A stretch of DNA of 64,000 bases from NCBI RefSeq assembly GCF_902713615.1, contig NC_052148.1:34825888-34889887 (forward strand), written 5' to 3'. A program made the position numbers and the translations under genes. The stretch comes from Scyliorhinus canicula (taxonomy: Eukaryota). The notes under the pieces are model-generated. The model worked only from the letters and a program-made list of their open reading frames with translations, was not told the origin of the DNA and searched no databases. Numbering within the stretch: position 1 is the stretch's first letter; every line of letters starts with the position of its first letter. Below are positions 1-12,000 of the stretch, one piece after another.

Positions 1-1329
1 CTAAGGTTAGTGCTCGTGTAAAAAAAACCATGTTTGTGCAGCAGAGATCATTTCCACCAGAATGTGTGCACTCACTAAATCCGAGGCAAGTATGGGTGCG
101 CAGTGGTTTCCAAGCAGAACAATTAAAGTTTCAGGAATTAATGCGCAAATACAGAGTATAGTCCTGCATAATGGTATATCAGATCCGTGAAAGGAAGGAG
201 ATACGTGGTAAATGCAGTTTACTGAGATAACCGAGATCCTGCTGCACATATTCATAGAATCGTGTCTTCTTCTGCTTCAACATACCGCGTGCATTTATCA
301 AATTATGGCATTTCAATACAATACTATTCAGTATTCACTATTCAGCTCCGGGTATGAATGAACATGTCTCATACAAGACTTGAGGTGAATGTTATTCCTG
401 TCCCAGTTGTGTGCATATGGAATCCATTGCTATTTCAAGCAGTTAAGGCCGATGCTGAATATTGCGAGACCTATCCGAGCACAAATACACATTGGGGGGA
501 TATTGTGCACAATTTGCTGCAGTTAGTAAACATGGCGGCAGGGATAGTGACTGACCAAATGCAGTGCAGAAAGTCAGATTAGATATTCTGAAAATTTGGT
601 TGATTTAAATCAAGCGTTCAGAAAGTTGAGACAATTAGACATTTCCAAGGTGCTCCTTCCACAGGACATGTCCAATCCAACCTATCCCGAACCCCAATCC
701 ACTCATCGTTTACTCAGAGGAAGTTCTGCAACTTTCCAAACCAATACCTTAAAGTAGCGTCCGAAATAATGACCCATCCGCAATATCCATTGGCCAATCC
801 TCCCTGACCTCTTTCAGATGAACGCACTCTGCCGCTTATTCAAGAAATTGATTATGCCTGACTATACTTGAAGGAATTGACTCAAATGGGTGGAGTAAAG
901 CTGAACTGGGAATCCACCGTTTAACTGAACACTTAACTGTATCTACATCAGAAATTGATTAGACTCAATAGCTAAATGAATGTACCGCATGGTTCCATGA
1001 CTATCTCACAGGACTCCCATTCCCGTTTTTTTCTCACAGGGGGATTTTTCGCTTTGAGTTTACAGGTCTCAGTCGATGCGCCCACTGTCCAAATTCAGCA
1101 ACCTGCTAAAACTTCGCTACACCTATATTATTCCTGTATATAATTTGAAATATTTGGATATTTTACAATAAAACAGTGCAGCTGTCTGGCCTTCCCAGCT
1201 CTATTTTCACCGAGTTCCTCTCACCCACCCACCGAATGTGGCTTATGCTTCGTGTTTATGGAGAATGCTCAAAGGATCACAGAATATTCCAAATTTGACC
1301 TCTTGTCAGAATAACGGAATTGACACATT

Positions 1330-2410
1330 CAGCAAGTCAGGCAACATACGGAGAGGTGCGGAGAGGTACGGCTTGAAATGCTCTGAAGTGACAGAGATTC
1401 GGGACAAGGGGCATTTTCAGGATGGCAACCTGTAACTCGTGGAATGCCACAGGGATCAGTGCTGGGGCCACAATTATTTTATATATATATATATTAATGA
1501 CTTGGGCCAGGAAAGTGAATGTATTATTGACAAGTTTTCAGATGACACAAAAGTAGGTGGGAAGGTGATGATGACACAGAGTCGACAGAGGCATATATTC
1601 AGGTTGAGTGGACAAAAATTTGGCAGATGGAATATAATGTAGGAAATGTGAAGTTATGCACTTTGGTAGGAAGAATAAAGGAGCTGAATATTAGTTCAAT
1701 GGAGAAAAACTGCAGAAAGTTGCAGTGCAGAGGGATTTGGAGGGTCCTCGGGCATAAATCACAAAAAGCTAGCCTACAAATTCAGCAGGTAATTGGTAAG
1801 GCACATTTCAAAGGGACTGGACTATAAAAATAGGGAAGTTCTGCTAAAACCATACAAAACACTACACAAACCACACCTGGAATACTGTGAACAGTTTTCA
1901 TCCCTTTATCCAAGGAACGATATATTGGCGTTGGGGGCAGACCAGAGAAGGTTCACTAGGTTGGTCCCTGTGTGTGGAGGGATTTATAAAGAGAGATTGA
2001 GTAAATTGGACCTGTACTCATTGGAGTTTAGAAGATTGAGAGGTGATCTTATTTGGACATGTAGGATTCTCAGGGAGCTTGACTGGGTAGATGCTGAAAG
2101 GTAGTTTTCCCTTGTGGGAGAGGCTAGGAGCAGATGGGATAACCTGAATAAGGGGGAACCCATGTAAGACAGAGATGTGGAGGAATTTCTTCCCCATGAA
2201 GGTAGTGAATGCGTAGAATTATTTACGAAAGGGGCTGTTGAGGCTGGGTAGTAATGGATGTTCAAGCTCAGATAAACAGATTTTAATCAGTAAGGAAATC
2301 AAGAGGTATTGGGACAAGAGGGAAAAGAGGAGTTGAGGATGTATCAGATCAGCCATGATCTCAATAAATGGCCAAATGACCTACTCCTGCTCCTACATCT
2401 TCTGGTCTTA
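1330..2410 (+). mobile_element. Degraded CR1-type LINE (RT to 3' end)
   Basis: Broken RT motifs QGSVLGPQLF / INDL / KFSDDTK, YPRNDILALGADQRRFTRL, and a CR1 3' terminus. Confidence 0.8.
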
Positions 2411-2811
2411 CGGGCAGCACTTTTTTCAGTTTACATTGCAAGTTTCCAGCATCTGCAGTATTTTATTCTTGTGTTAGGATTAAGTACTTGGATTTACAGA
2501 TACGTCCTCGTGATGATTAGAAAAAGGTATAACTGGACAATATGATATTATTTATTAATAATGCCAGATATGTGATCTGTGAGGAGGCCATAGTGCCTGT
2601 GAAATGAGTCACCATGACGGGATCAATAATATTTGTCTATTTCATGTTCCTTAAAGCCAAATGTCTGACAATGGCCTGTTGACACATGCAGGTATTCAAT
2701 GTGGAAGACTACACCATATTGGCACTATTGGTCAGATTATTGTGCTGGAAGTGAGCACTTTTGGAGCATCGAACCTGTTGTGCAGATTTGAGCTTGTCAA
2801 TGACATTTCCA

Positions 2812-2853
2812 TATAAGGGAGGTGAGAATGACGTGCGGCTGAGCTGGCAGCTG
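2812..2853 (+). promoter_or_regulatory. Candidate CD8B core promoter
   Basis: TATAAG at 2812, TGACGT half-CRE at 2829 and E-box CAGCTG at 2848, about 105-150 nt upstream of the ATG; motif presence only. Confidence 0.3.
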
Positions 2854-2958
2854 AGTGGTGCTGAGTGTTAGGGGGACACCTGGGCTACTGAGAGAGGGAA
2901 GCTGGTTTCACTCTCACAGCAGAACCACCTCCCCTGGTCTTCAGCAAACAGCAACAAC

Positions 2959-3004
2959 ATGATCCTTCTCGGATACCTTTGTATTCTAAATTGCTGGATT
3001 ACAG
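2959..3004 (+). CDS. CD8B: CD8B exon 1, signal peptide MILLGYLCILNCWIT(G)
   Basis: ATG at 2959 (acaacATGa), hydrophobic leader, ends ACAG|GCAAGT (GC donor, phase 1), matching the phase of the V exon. Confidence 0.8.
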
Positions 3005-6000
3005 GCAAGTGCATTTAGAACTGAATTGTCGCATTGTGTGTAAAGGCCAAATTGATATTGTACTGGTATGACTTATTTGAGCGAGATTTGAGCAGGACTC
3101 ACACAGGGTGAGTGAGAGGCTCGACTAGAATCACACAGCAGAAACGGGGGCCACTCGGCCTATCGTCCCAGTGCCTACTCTCCGAAAGAAACACCCCATT
3201 AGTCCCATCCCGCTGTTCACTCTCACTAGTCCTGTAAATGTTTGCCTTGAAGTATTTTTGTAAAAGTATTTTGGAAGTGAATATGTATCCGCTTAACATG
3301 TTAAAATTAGCAGATTTTTAAAAAAAATCAACATATGCATTTATGTTACCAGGTGCCCATCCACTGACGGTCTTAGTCCAGACTCCAAGCGAAATACTGG
3401 CGGCCAAAGGCGAGGAGATCAGACTATCCTGTAATGTGAAAGGAACCAATCTGAACGATGTGTACTGGTACAAGATCGATCGCTCTTCCACAGCGCATTT
3501 TGTGAAGTCGGCCAGCGTCATGAATAGCCAGGTCCAGGGAACTGGAATAACTGAACGGTTTCAGTTGGATCGAAAAAACTTTCAACAGTCCTTCAGTTTA
3601 ACCATACGAGACTTGCGCCTCGCCGACAATGGGACCTATTACTGCCTAATGAGCCAGTCCCAGAAAATGTCTTGGGGAGCTGGAAGTGTGGTGACCGTCG
3701 GTAAGGAGATCTCGTGTTTGGACATTGTAAACTGGGCCATTACCAACATAAGCAGACTAATTTGCAAAGATTGCATGCCAGGCAGCATCAGTGGAGAGAA
3801 ACAGATTTTAGACTGATTGTCTTCCACCAGAACTTGAGAAAATAAATGTCAGGGGGCAGATTCAGCCGTCAGAGAAAGGGTGAGATTGTGAGTTCAGATA
3901 ACCCAGGTTTGGAAATATTTGATCTGGGCAATTTCCATTTGCCAAAAAAAGTATATATTATTTATTAAACATTTCCAGAACCCTTTTTTCCAGACTATAC
4001 CGGTTTCCCCTAATGTTTTGTGATCCACGTTTAGGAAGGTTGTTTTTTTAAAATCAATATTGTCCTATTTGCTGGCAATGTATTCTTCCAGAAATCCACG
4101 GTGATCATCCATCTCAAGCCTAACCAAGTCAGAATGTGATTTGTAACAAATTAGTGATATATTTCGGTCTGGTATACACTGATCCGCGGTGCCATTTGTA
4201 GATTGCTCGCTGTTTATTGTCGGGAGGTGTTTTTGGATATCAGACAGACGAGAAAGGGATACTCACCAAACTCTTGTTCATTTCAGTTCCAGAGAGACAG
4301 AAAGTGACTTCGCCGCCGCCTCCTCCGACTACAAGACGCCGAATCAACCGTTATAAGTACCCGGACATCAGTCGCAAGAAGAAAGGGGGTGGCAATGGTA
4401 AGAGAAATCGCAACAAAAACAAAAAAATGCTGGACAATCTCAACGGGTCTGACAGCGTCTGTGGAGAGAGAAATAGCAAACTGCCTTAAGCTGGTGCCAA
4501 AGAGCAACTGGGCCTGTCTCTCCAGGAAATGTGATATCAGGGTTGGTTTACATTTACCTTCCAAAGGGCTACTGATATCCTGGCTTCAAACGTCCCAATT
4601 CTAACCACAACCTCGCAATCTGAATCTGCCTCAGTTTACCCCTCCAGTTTTCTGATGAAAGCTGAGTTAACCCTCTTCCCCTTCACTCACACTGCCCGCC
4701 TCGCTGAACGTCTCCAGCATTTTCCATTTTTAATTTTTGAACGTTTGTTTCTTTTCGTGTTGTTGGAAACGACCTGCTGGGCTTGTTTGGGTAGCCAGCC
4801 CACGTCAGGCCCTGCAGAAGTTTATTGAAGTGCATTCGGAGTTATTCGGCTTGTATCCAATCCCCGCACAAGCCGGTGAGGTGCCCGGGCAGTTTCTAAC
4901 ATCATGAAAGGTTTGCATGTCTGTACACCATGTGAATGAGGGCCGGTTTAGCTCAGTTGGCGGGACAGCTGGTTCCTGAAGCAGGCTGAGTTTATTCATG
5001 GAGGCCCTGCCTTCCCAACCTTGCCCCTCGGCTGAGGTGTGGTGATCCTCAGATTAAATCACCACTTGTCAGCTCTCCCCATCAAAGGGGAAAGCAGCCT
5101 ATGGTCATCTGGTTCTATGGTGACATATTTTTAACCAAATGAGAGAGGTTCTCATTTCAGCTGGACACTGATCTTCTAGGGAAATGTTATTGATCGGAGC
5201 TCTTTAGGAAATATCCCAATAGATTAGATTTAAATTTATTGTCATGTGTACCAAGGTACAGTGAAAAGTATTGATCTGCGTACAGTCCAGACAGATGGTT
5301 CCATCTATGAAAAACATAGGACATATGATAAATACACAATGTAAATACATAGACACAGGCATAGTGTGCGCATACGGAGTATAGTGCTACAATAGTAGAG
5401 GAGATGTGTATAATACACACCAACATAATGGTTGGGAGCAGGATTCGGCCTAATATTGAGTTGTGTTTATTGAAAATGGTTTCCCAGTATTTCCTGCCAT
5501 TCACAGCCCATTCATTTATTTCTGACCTTTTAAGAATTCCGGATTTTAATCGCTCCGCCATTAGTGGCTTCCCAGGTCATAAGAACATAATAAATAAGAG
5601 CAGGAGGAGGCCGTTCAGCCCTTCTGGCCCACTTCACCACACAATGATATCATGACTAATCTTCCACAACATTTTCCTGCACTATTCCCGTATCACAATT
5701 TTTTTTTAGAAACCTATAGTTCTTGTACATACTCAATCGCTGGCCCTTCACAACCCTCGGAGGCAGAGAATTCCAAAGATTTATCACCTTCTTTGTGACG
5801 GAATTCCTCCTCATTTCAGTCCTAAATGCCTCGCCCCTTATTCTGAGACTGCGTTCCTGGTTCTAGACCCTCCTCACAGGAGGGAACATCCTTCCTGCAT
5901 CTACCCTGTTGTCCGAATGAAATCACCTCTCACTCTTCTGATCTCCAGAGGATAAAGGCCCAATCTATTTAATCTTTCCTCATAGGACAATCTCTCCATC

Positions 6001-9000
6001 CCAGGAATTAGCTCAGCGAGCCTTCTCTGGAACTCCTTCCCTAAATCTTTGCGCCTCTCAAAACCACTCTCTGCTTCATTAAAACACATGATCAAGCGGA
6101 TCACCTCTGCCAATATCTTCTATTGTGAATGGGTGTTAAATGTTGTTTAATACTCTACATTTAATACTCGATTCTACATTAGAGAGACTAAATGCAGATT
6201 GGGTAACCAGTTTGCAGAACACATTCGATCAGTGCTTCAGGTGCACCTCCTTCAATCTGGTCTGTTGCATTCTCTGCTCCCGGTGCGGTCTACTCTAATT
6301 TGGAGAGACCAAAAGCAGACAGGATGTACACCTTGGTTCATCAGCAAGCAGGACCCAGACCTTCCTGTCACTTGATCCATTTCAGCTCACCGTCCCGGTC
6401 TCCCATCCACATGTCCGTTCTTGGCCTGCTGCAATGTTCCAGTGAAACCCAGCGCTAATGAGGAACACACCTCATCTTCTAATTAGGCACATTACAGCCT
6501 TCCAGACTTAACATTGAGTTCAGACTCTGAACTCTCTCCTCCACCTTTACCCCATTTTGAATTCTATCAATTTATTTCCATATCTTCCATTGATCTGTTT
6601 TTCCCTCACCATTGTCTCCTCTCCCCCACCCCACTTGGGCCATCTATTTGTTCCCTGTTCCTAGTTGCCTTTTGACATATTGCTTACCTCTGTTCTGCCA
6701 ATCACACATTCTAATCTCTCTATGTGCCACTATCAGCACCCTCCTTAGCCATAATCACCCACATTTACATTGACTTTGTCTTTCTGTCCATGACATTTTT
6801 GTCAATCTCCACCTATCGCTGACCCCTATCCAGCCCCACCGCTCCATACATCCCACCCCCTCCTCACTACAATATAAATCTGATTCTATTCCCAGTTCAC
6901 TGTAGCTTTGACAAAGAGTCATCCAAGTTCGAAACGTTCAATCCCTTCTCTCTCCACAGATGCTGTCAGACCTGCTGAGAATGTCCAGTGGTTTCTGTTT
7001 TTGTTCTCTAATACTGCTTCACGAATCCTCTTGGGAATTTGAGCACCTTAAAGGCACTATTTAAATGCAAGTAGTTGCTCTTTATTCTCGTTGGACTTGA
7101 CAGCAGTGGGATAAATGTAGAAAGTGTTTCACGGTTTTGAATTACAGTGTGAGCGTTTTTAACCTGTTACCTCCGATTTTTAATCCAGTGAATGGTCGCG
7201 GGTTTGCAAGGAAGCTGATACAAGGTCCGTGCTAAATGCCAGGGACGATCCCGTGTCTCTGTTGTTGAGGCAGTTGGACGGGGGCATTTTGCTCGGTTGA
7301 ATGAGATTCCTGATGCATCTTGGTGTGCAACATCAACCAGCCCTTCAATTTACACGTCAGTTAACCCAGCAGAATACGGCCATTCTGCCCATAACGTCTG
7401 TGTTGTCTTTCACTAAAGTAAAACAAAACGTATCCTCTTAGCTTTAGGGTTTCCTTCACATTAATGCTGAAGGATCCATTGTCCCCTTAAAAAGTGCAGT
7501 CCATCGTTCACAACTTCAGACATGGATGGCCACGTGCAGAATTCCCCCGTAGGCCGTCCAATTTTGCACTGCATGTCATTCCTTTAAAAATGCATCACTG
7601 TCAAACCAATCGCTAGATTTAAATGTTCATTGCATCGGATGCAGTGGCAGAATGAGCAAGGACTGTGACAACCATCCTGATGAACTCAAACAGAAAGCGT
7701 GGGCCAGGGTGTGTCTGTGTGGGGAGCGGGGTGACTATTGGCTAGAAGCCAGTCAGAATTTATTTTCACTTGTGTGGAATGAAACTACCACCCTGGTGAT
7801 CCCCTGAATCCAGATCTGGCAATTTCGTCTGGACTGCTTATCCTGGAAGTTAAAATCAGCCTGAGACACCATTGTTCCTTAGATTCGAGATTTTTCCAGA
7901 ATTGTTTTTAAACAGTGAATCTCTTATCAAAATTTCCAAAGAGTAATCATTGACACTCACATGGATAGGATGTGTATGGAGGGGTACGGCACAAGGAAGT
8001 GCTGAAGGTTTTGGCAAAGGTTGGTATCATTACCGGAACAGGGTTGAAGGGCCGAAGGGCCTGTTCCTGTGATGTTTGTTCTTTGACACAAAGCTGGGGT
8101 GGGGGGTGAGGAGGGGGATGTGGTGAGGAGAGGGATGTGGGGCGGAGGGAAGAATCCACACCATCACTGACTCCCACAGGCTGCAGGCTGAGTTCATGCA
8201 CAGCGGGTTAGTCAGTGGCTGGAACTCCATCAGCAGCACGAGCTGCCGAGTCTCTGGAAGATTACTGTGTCTATTTCAGATTCTGGGACATCAGTTTAAT
8301 AAAATGCAGAAATCATGTCTTGGGTCACGTGCTCTATCTACAAAGCAGGAACTCTCCAAACAGGGTGAGCAGCCTTGGCACGGTGCTTCAAACCCCACTG
8401 CAGAATCTGAGCACTTTGTGCAGTGCAGTGCTGTGCACTAAGGAGGGGGTACCACACTGCCGGAGGTGCTGTGCTTTGGGATGAGGCGGGTTCCGCTTCC
8501 CTATAGTGTGTATTTTAAACATCCCAATACGCCCTTAGAAGGTCGTGGGAGATCTCGCCGGCATTGTGGACAATATTTATCCCTCAGCCAACTCATAAAA
8601 CGGATGATGTGGTCTGGTATTTCATTGCTGTTTGTGGAACCTTGCTGGGCACATTGCAACTGCGACTTCGCAACATTACAATAGGTGGCCACGTTTTGAA
8701 AGTACTTAATTCGCTGTAAAAAAAAAGTTGGGATGTGCTGAAGTCGTAGTTTCTTTATTTTATTCTATGTAACTTGTTTACATTTACTTTCTGACAGTCA
8801 ACAGCACCATACATGTCAGTCAACGTTACCATACAGCTCAGCCAACAGCACCATACATGTCAGTCAACAGCACCACATGTATCAGTCAACAGCACCATAC
8901 AGGACAGCCAAAGGCAACATACAGCCATACATGACCAAATATTACAGTAAACACGACCATACAGCAGAGTTAACGGCACCATATATTCTATGATTCTGCA

Positions 9001-12000
9001 CATGACCATCATCATGAACAAACATCAATGTTAACGGGACTATACATGATGGTCAGACATGACAACAGGACCACACATGACAGTCAAAATGAACACACAT
9101 GACAGTCAATAGAACCAAACATGATAGTTAATGGCACCATACATGACTGTCAACATGACCATATATGTCAATGAAACCATACATGACAGCTTCTACAGAT
9201 AAAGTTACAGACCATCTAGGTCCATGGGATATTGGCTTAACCTTTTTTTAAATTAATTTACGGGATGTGGGCATTGCTGGTTAGGCCAGCATTTATTGCC
9301 CATCCCTAGTTGCCCTTCAGAAGGTGGTGGTGAAGTTGCATTATTGAACTGCTGCAGACCTTCAGATGTAGGTACATCCACTATGCAATTAGGGAGAGAG
9401 TTCCAGGATTTTGCCCCAGCGACAGTGAAGGAATGACTATATACTTCCAAGTTGGGATAGTGAGTGACTTGGAGGGAAACCTCCAGGTGGTGGGGTTTCC
9501 AGGTATCTGCTGCCCTTGTCCTTCTAGATGGTAGTGGTCGTGGGTTTGGAAGGTGCTGCCTAAGGAACCTTGGTGAGTTCCTGCAGTGCATCTTGAGAAA
9601 TTGGAAAGCACAAGATTAAGCCACAACCTAATACTGTCAGTGGCTTGTGCTCCGACAGATAGAGGTCAGAGAGGAGATGGTATGAGGAAGGAATAATTAA
9701 TGAAGTCTGTATTTGTGGGAGCTAGTAACAGATGAAAACATAATAGTTTGATTTGAGGGGGTTAGTGGCTGAGATGAATTAATGTTGGGATTCAAGGAAG
9801 TTAGTGACTGAGAGGAATTAATGTTTGAAGTTGAGGAGGTTAGTGACTGAGAGAATTAATGTGTGGATTTGTGGACGTTAGTGACTGAGGAATTAATGTT
9901 TGGATTTGAGGAGGCTAGTGACACAGATTTGTAGTCAATCTGTGGAACACATTGCTGCAGAAGGCTGTGGAGGACAGGTCACTGAGAACCTTTAAGACAG
10001 AGTTAGATATGTTCCTCATTTTTTTTTTTTTTTATAAATGTTTTTATTCAGTTTTCGTATTTTATATTGAACAAATTACAAATTGTTAGGAGAGAGAAAC
10101 AAAAAAAAAAAAACAAACAAACAAAAACAAACACGCAAAAATTAACATACATATTTACAGGTAAGCATCTTCGTAGTAGTAACTGCGCCCCCCCCCCCCC
10201 CCTCAACATGTTTATTTAGCTTGGTTTTGGGCCTTAGCTAGCCATCGAACCCCCGTAACGAACCTGTAGCCCCCCCCTCCTCCCGCTACCTTCCCCCGAC
10301 TATTCTTCCTCTTGTACATTGGCCACAAATAGGTCCCGGAACAGTTGCATGAATGGCTCCCACGTTCTGTGGAAGCCGTCGTCCGACCCTCGGATGGCAA
10401 ATTTGATTTTCTCCATTTGGAGAGATTCCGAGAGGTCGGACAGCCAGTCCGCAGCTCTGGGCGGTGCTGCTGACCGCCAGCCAAACAGGATTCTACGGCG
10501 GGCGATCAGGGAGGCAAAGGCAAGGGCATCCGCCCTCCTCCCCAGGAATAGATCTGGCTGTTCTGAAACCCCGAAGACCGCCACTATCGGGCATGGCTCC
10601 ACCCTCACTCCCACCACTTTGGACATTACCTCGAAGAAGGCTGTCCAGTACTCCACGAGTCTGGGGCAAGACCAGAACATGTGGGCGTGGTTGGCCGGGC
10701 CTCTTTGGCACCGTTCACATCTGTCTTCCACCTCCGGGAAGAACCTACTCATACGGGTTCTTGTTAAGTGGGCTCTATGTACCACTTTTAGTTGCGTCAG
10801 GCTGAGCCTTGCGCACGTGGAGGTGGAGTTGACCCTATGCAGTGCTTCGCTCCAGAGTCCCCACCCGATCTCCATCCCCAGGTCGTCCTCCCATTTCCTC
10901 CTTGTTGCGTCCAGTACGGTGTCGTCCCTATCTACCAGTCGGTCATACATGTCACTACAGTTCCCTTTCTATGTTCCTCATTTTTAAAGGGATAAGGCAT
11001 TATGGGGAGAAGACAGGAGAATGGGGCTGAAAAACATATTAGCCATGATGAAATAGCCAAGAAACTCCGATGGGCTGAACGGCCTAATTCTGTGTCTATA
11101 TCTTTTTGCCTTATTGTCTTGTCATTTAAGGAGGCTAGTGCTTGAGTGAATTATTGTTTGGATTTGAGGCGGTTTGAGCGGAATTAATTGTTGTATGTGA
11201 GAAGGTGAGTGACTGAGAGGAATTAATGTTTGCATTTGAGGAGGTTAATGACTGAGCGGAATTAATGTTTGGATTTGAGAAGATTAGTGACTGAGATTAA
11301 TTAATGTTTGGATTTGAGAAGTTCAGTGACTGAGATGAATTAATGTTTGGATTTGAGAAGTTCAGTGACTGAGATGAATTAATGTTTGGATTTGAGGAGG
11401 TTAATGACAGAGGAATTAATGTTTGGATTTGAGGAGGTTAATGACTGAGGAATAATGTTTGGATTTGAGGAGGTTAGTGACTGAGAAGAATTAATGTTTG
11501 GATTTGAGGAGGTTAGTGACTGAGAGGAATTAATGTTTGTACTTTGTGGGCAGCACGGTAGCACAGTGGTTAACACAGTTGCTTCACAGCTTCGGGGTTC
11601 CAGGTTCAATTCCTTGGGTCACTGTGTGCGGAATCTGCACGTTCTCCACGTGTGTGCGTGGGTTTCCTCCGGGTGCTCTGGTTTCCTCCCACAGTCCAGT
11701 TTGGATCCTGGATCTAAGGAAGGATGTGTTGGCCTTGGAGGGAGTCCAGAGAAGGTTCACAAGAATTATGCTGGGAATGAGCGGCTTGTCATATCAGAAG
11801 CGGTTGAGAACATTTTTGGCTGTAGCCAACAGAGTTTAGAAGGATGAGGGGTTTCCGCAATGAAACTTACAGAATACTGAGAGGCCGAGATAGAATTGAC
11901 GTGGAGAAGATGTTTCCACATCGTAGGAGAGGCTAGAACTCAAAGGCATAACCTCAGGCTGGAATGATGTTCATTTAAACCTGAGATATGGAGGTATTTC

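Noticed and set aside
7-1200. Short ORFs at the window start as part of a neighbouring gene
   Set aside because: No recognisable homology or consistent splice structure.
3343-3816. V+J-like ORF (WGAG) as a rearranged or germline-joined Ig/TCR gene
   Set aside because: No RSS noticed and no constant-domain exon; it is followed by stalk, TM and CXH exons typical of CD8.
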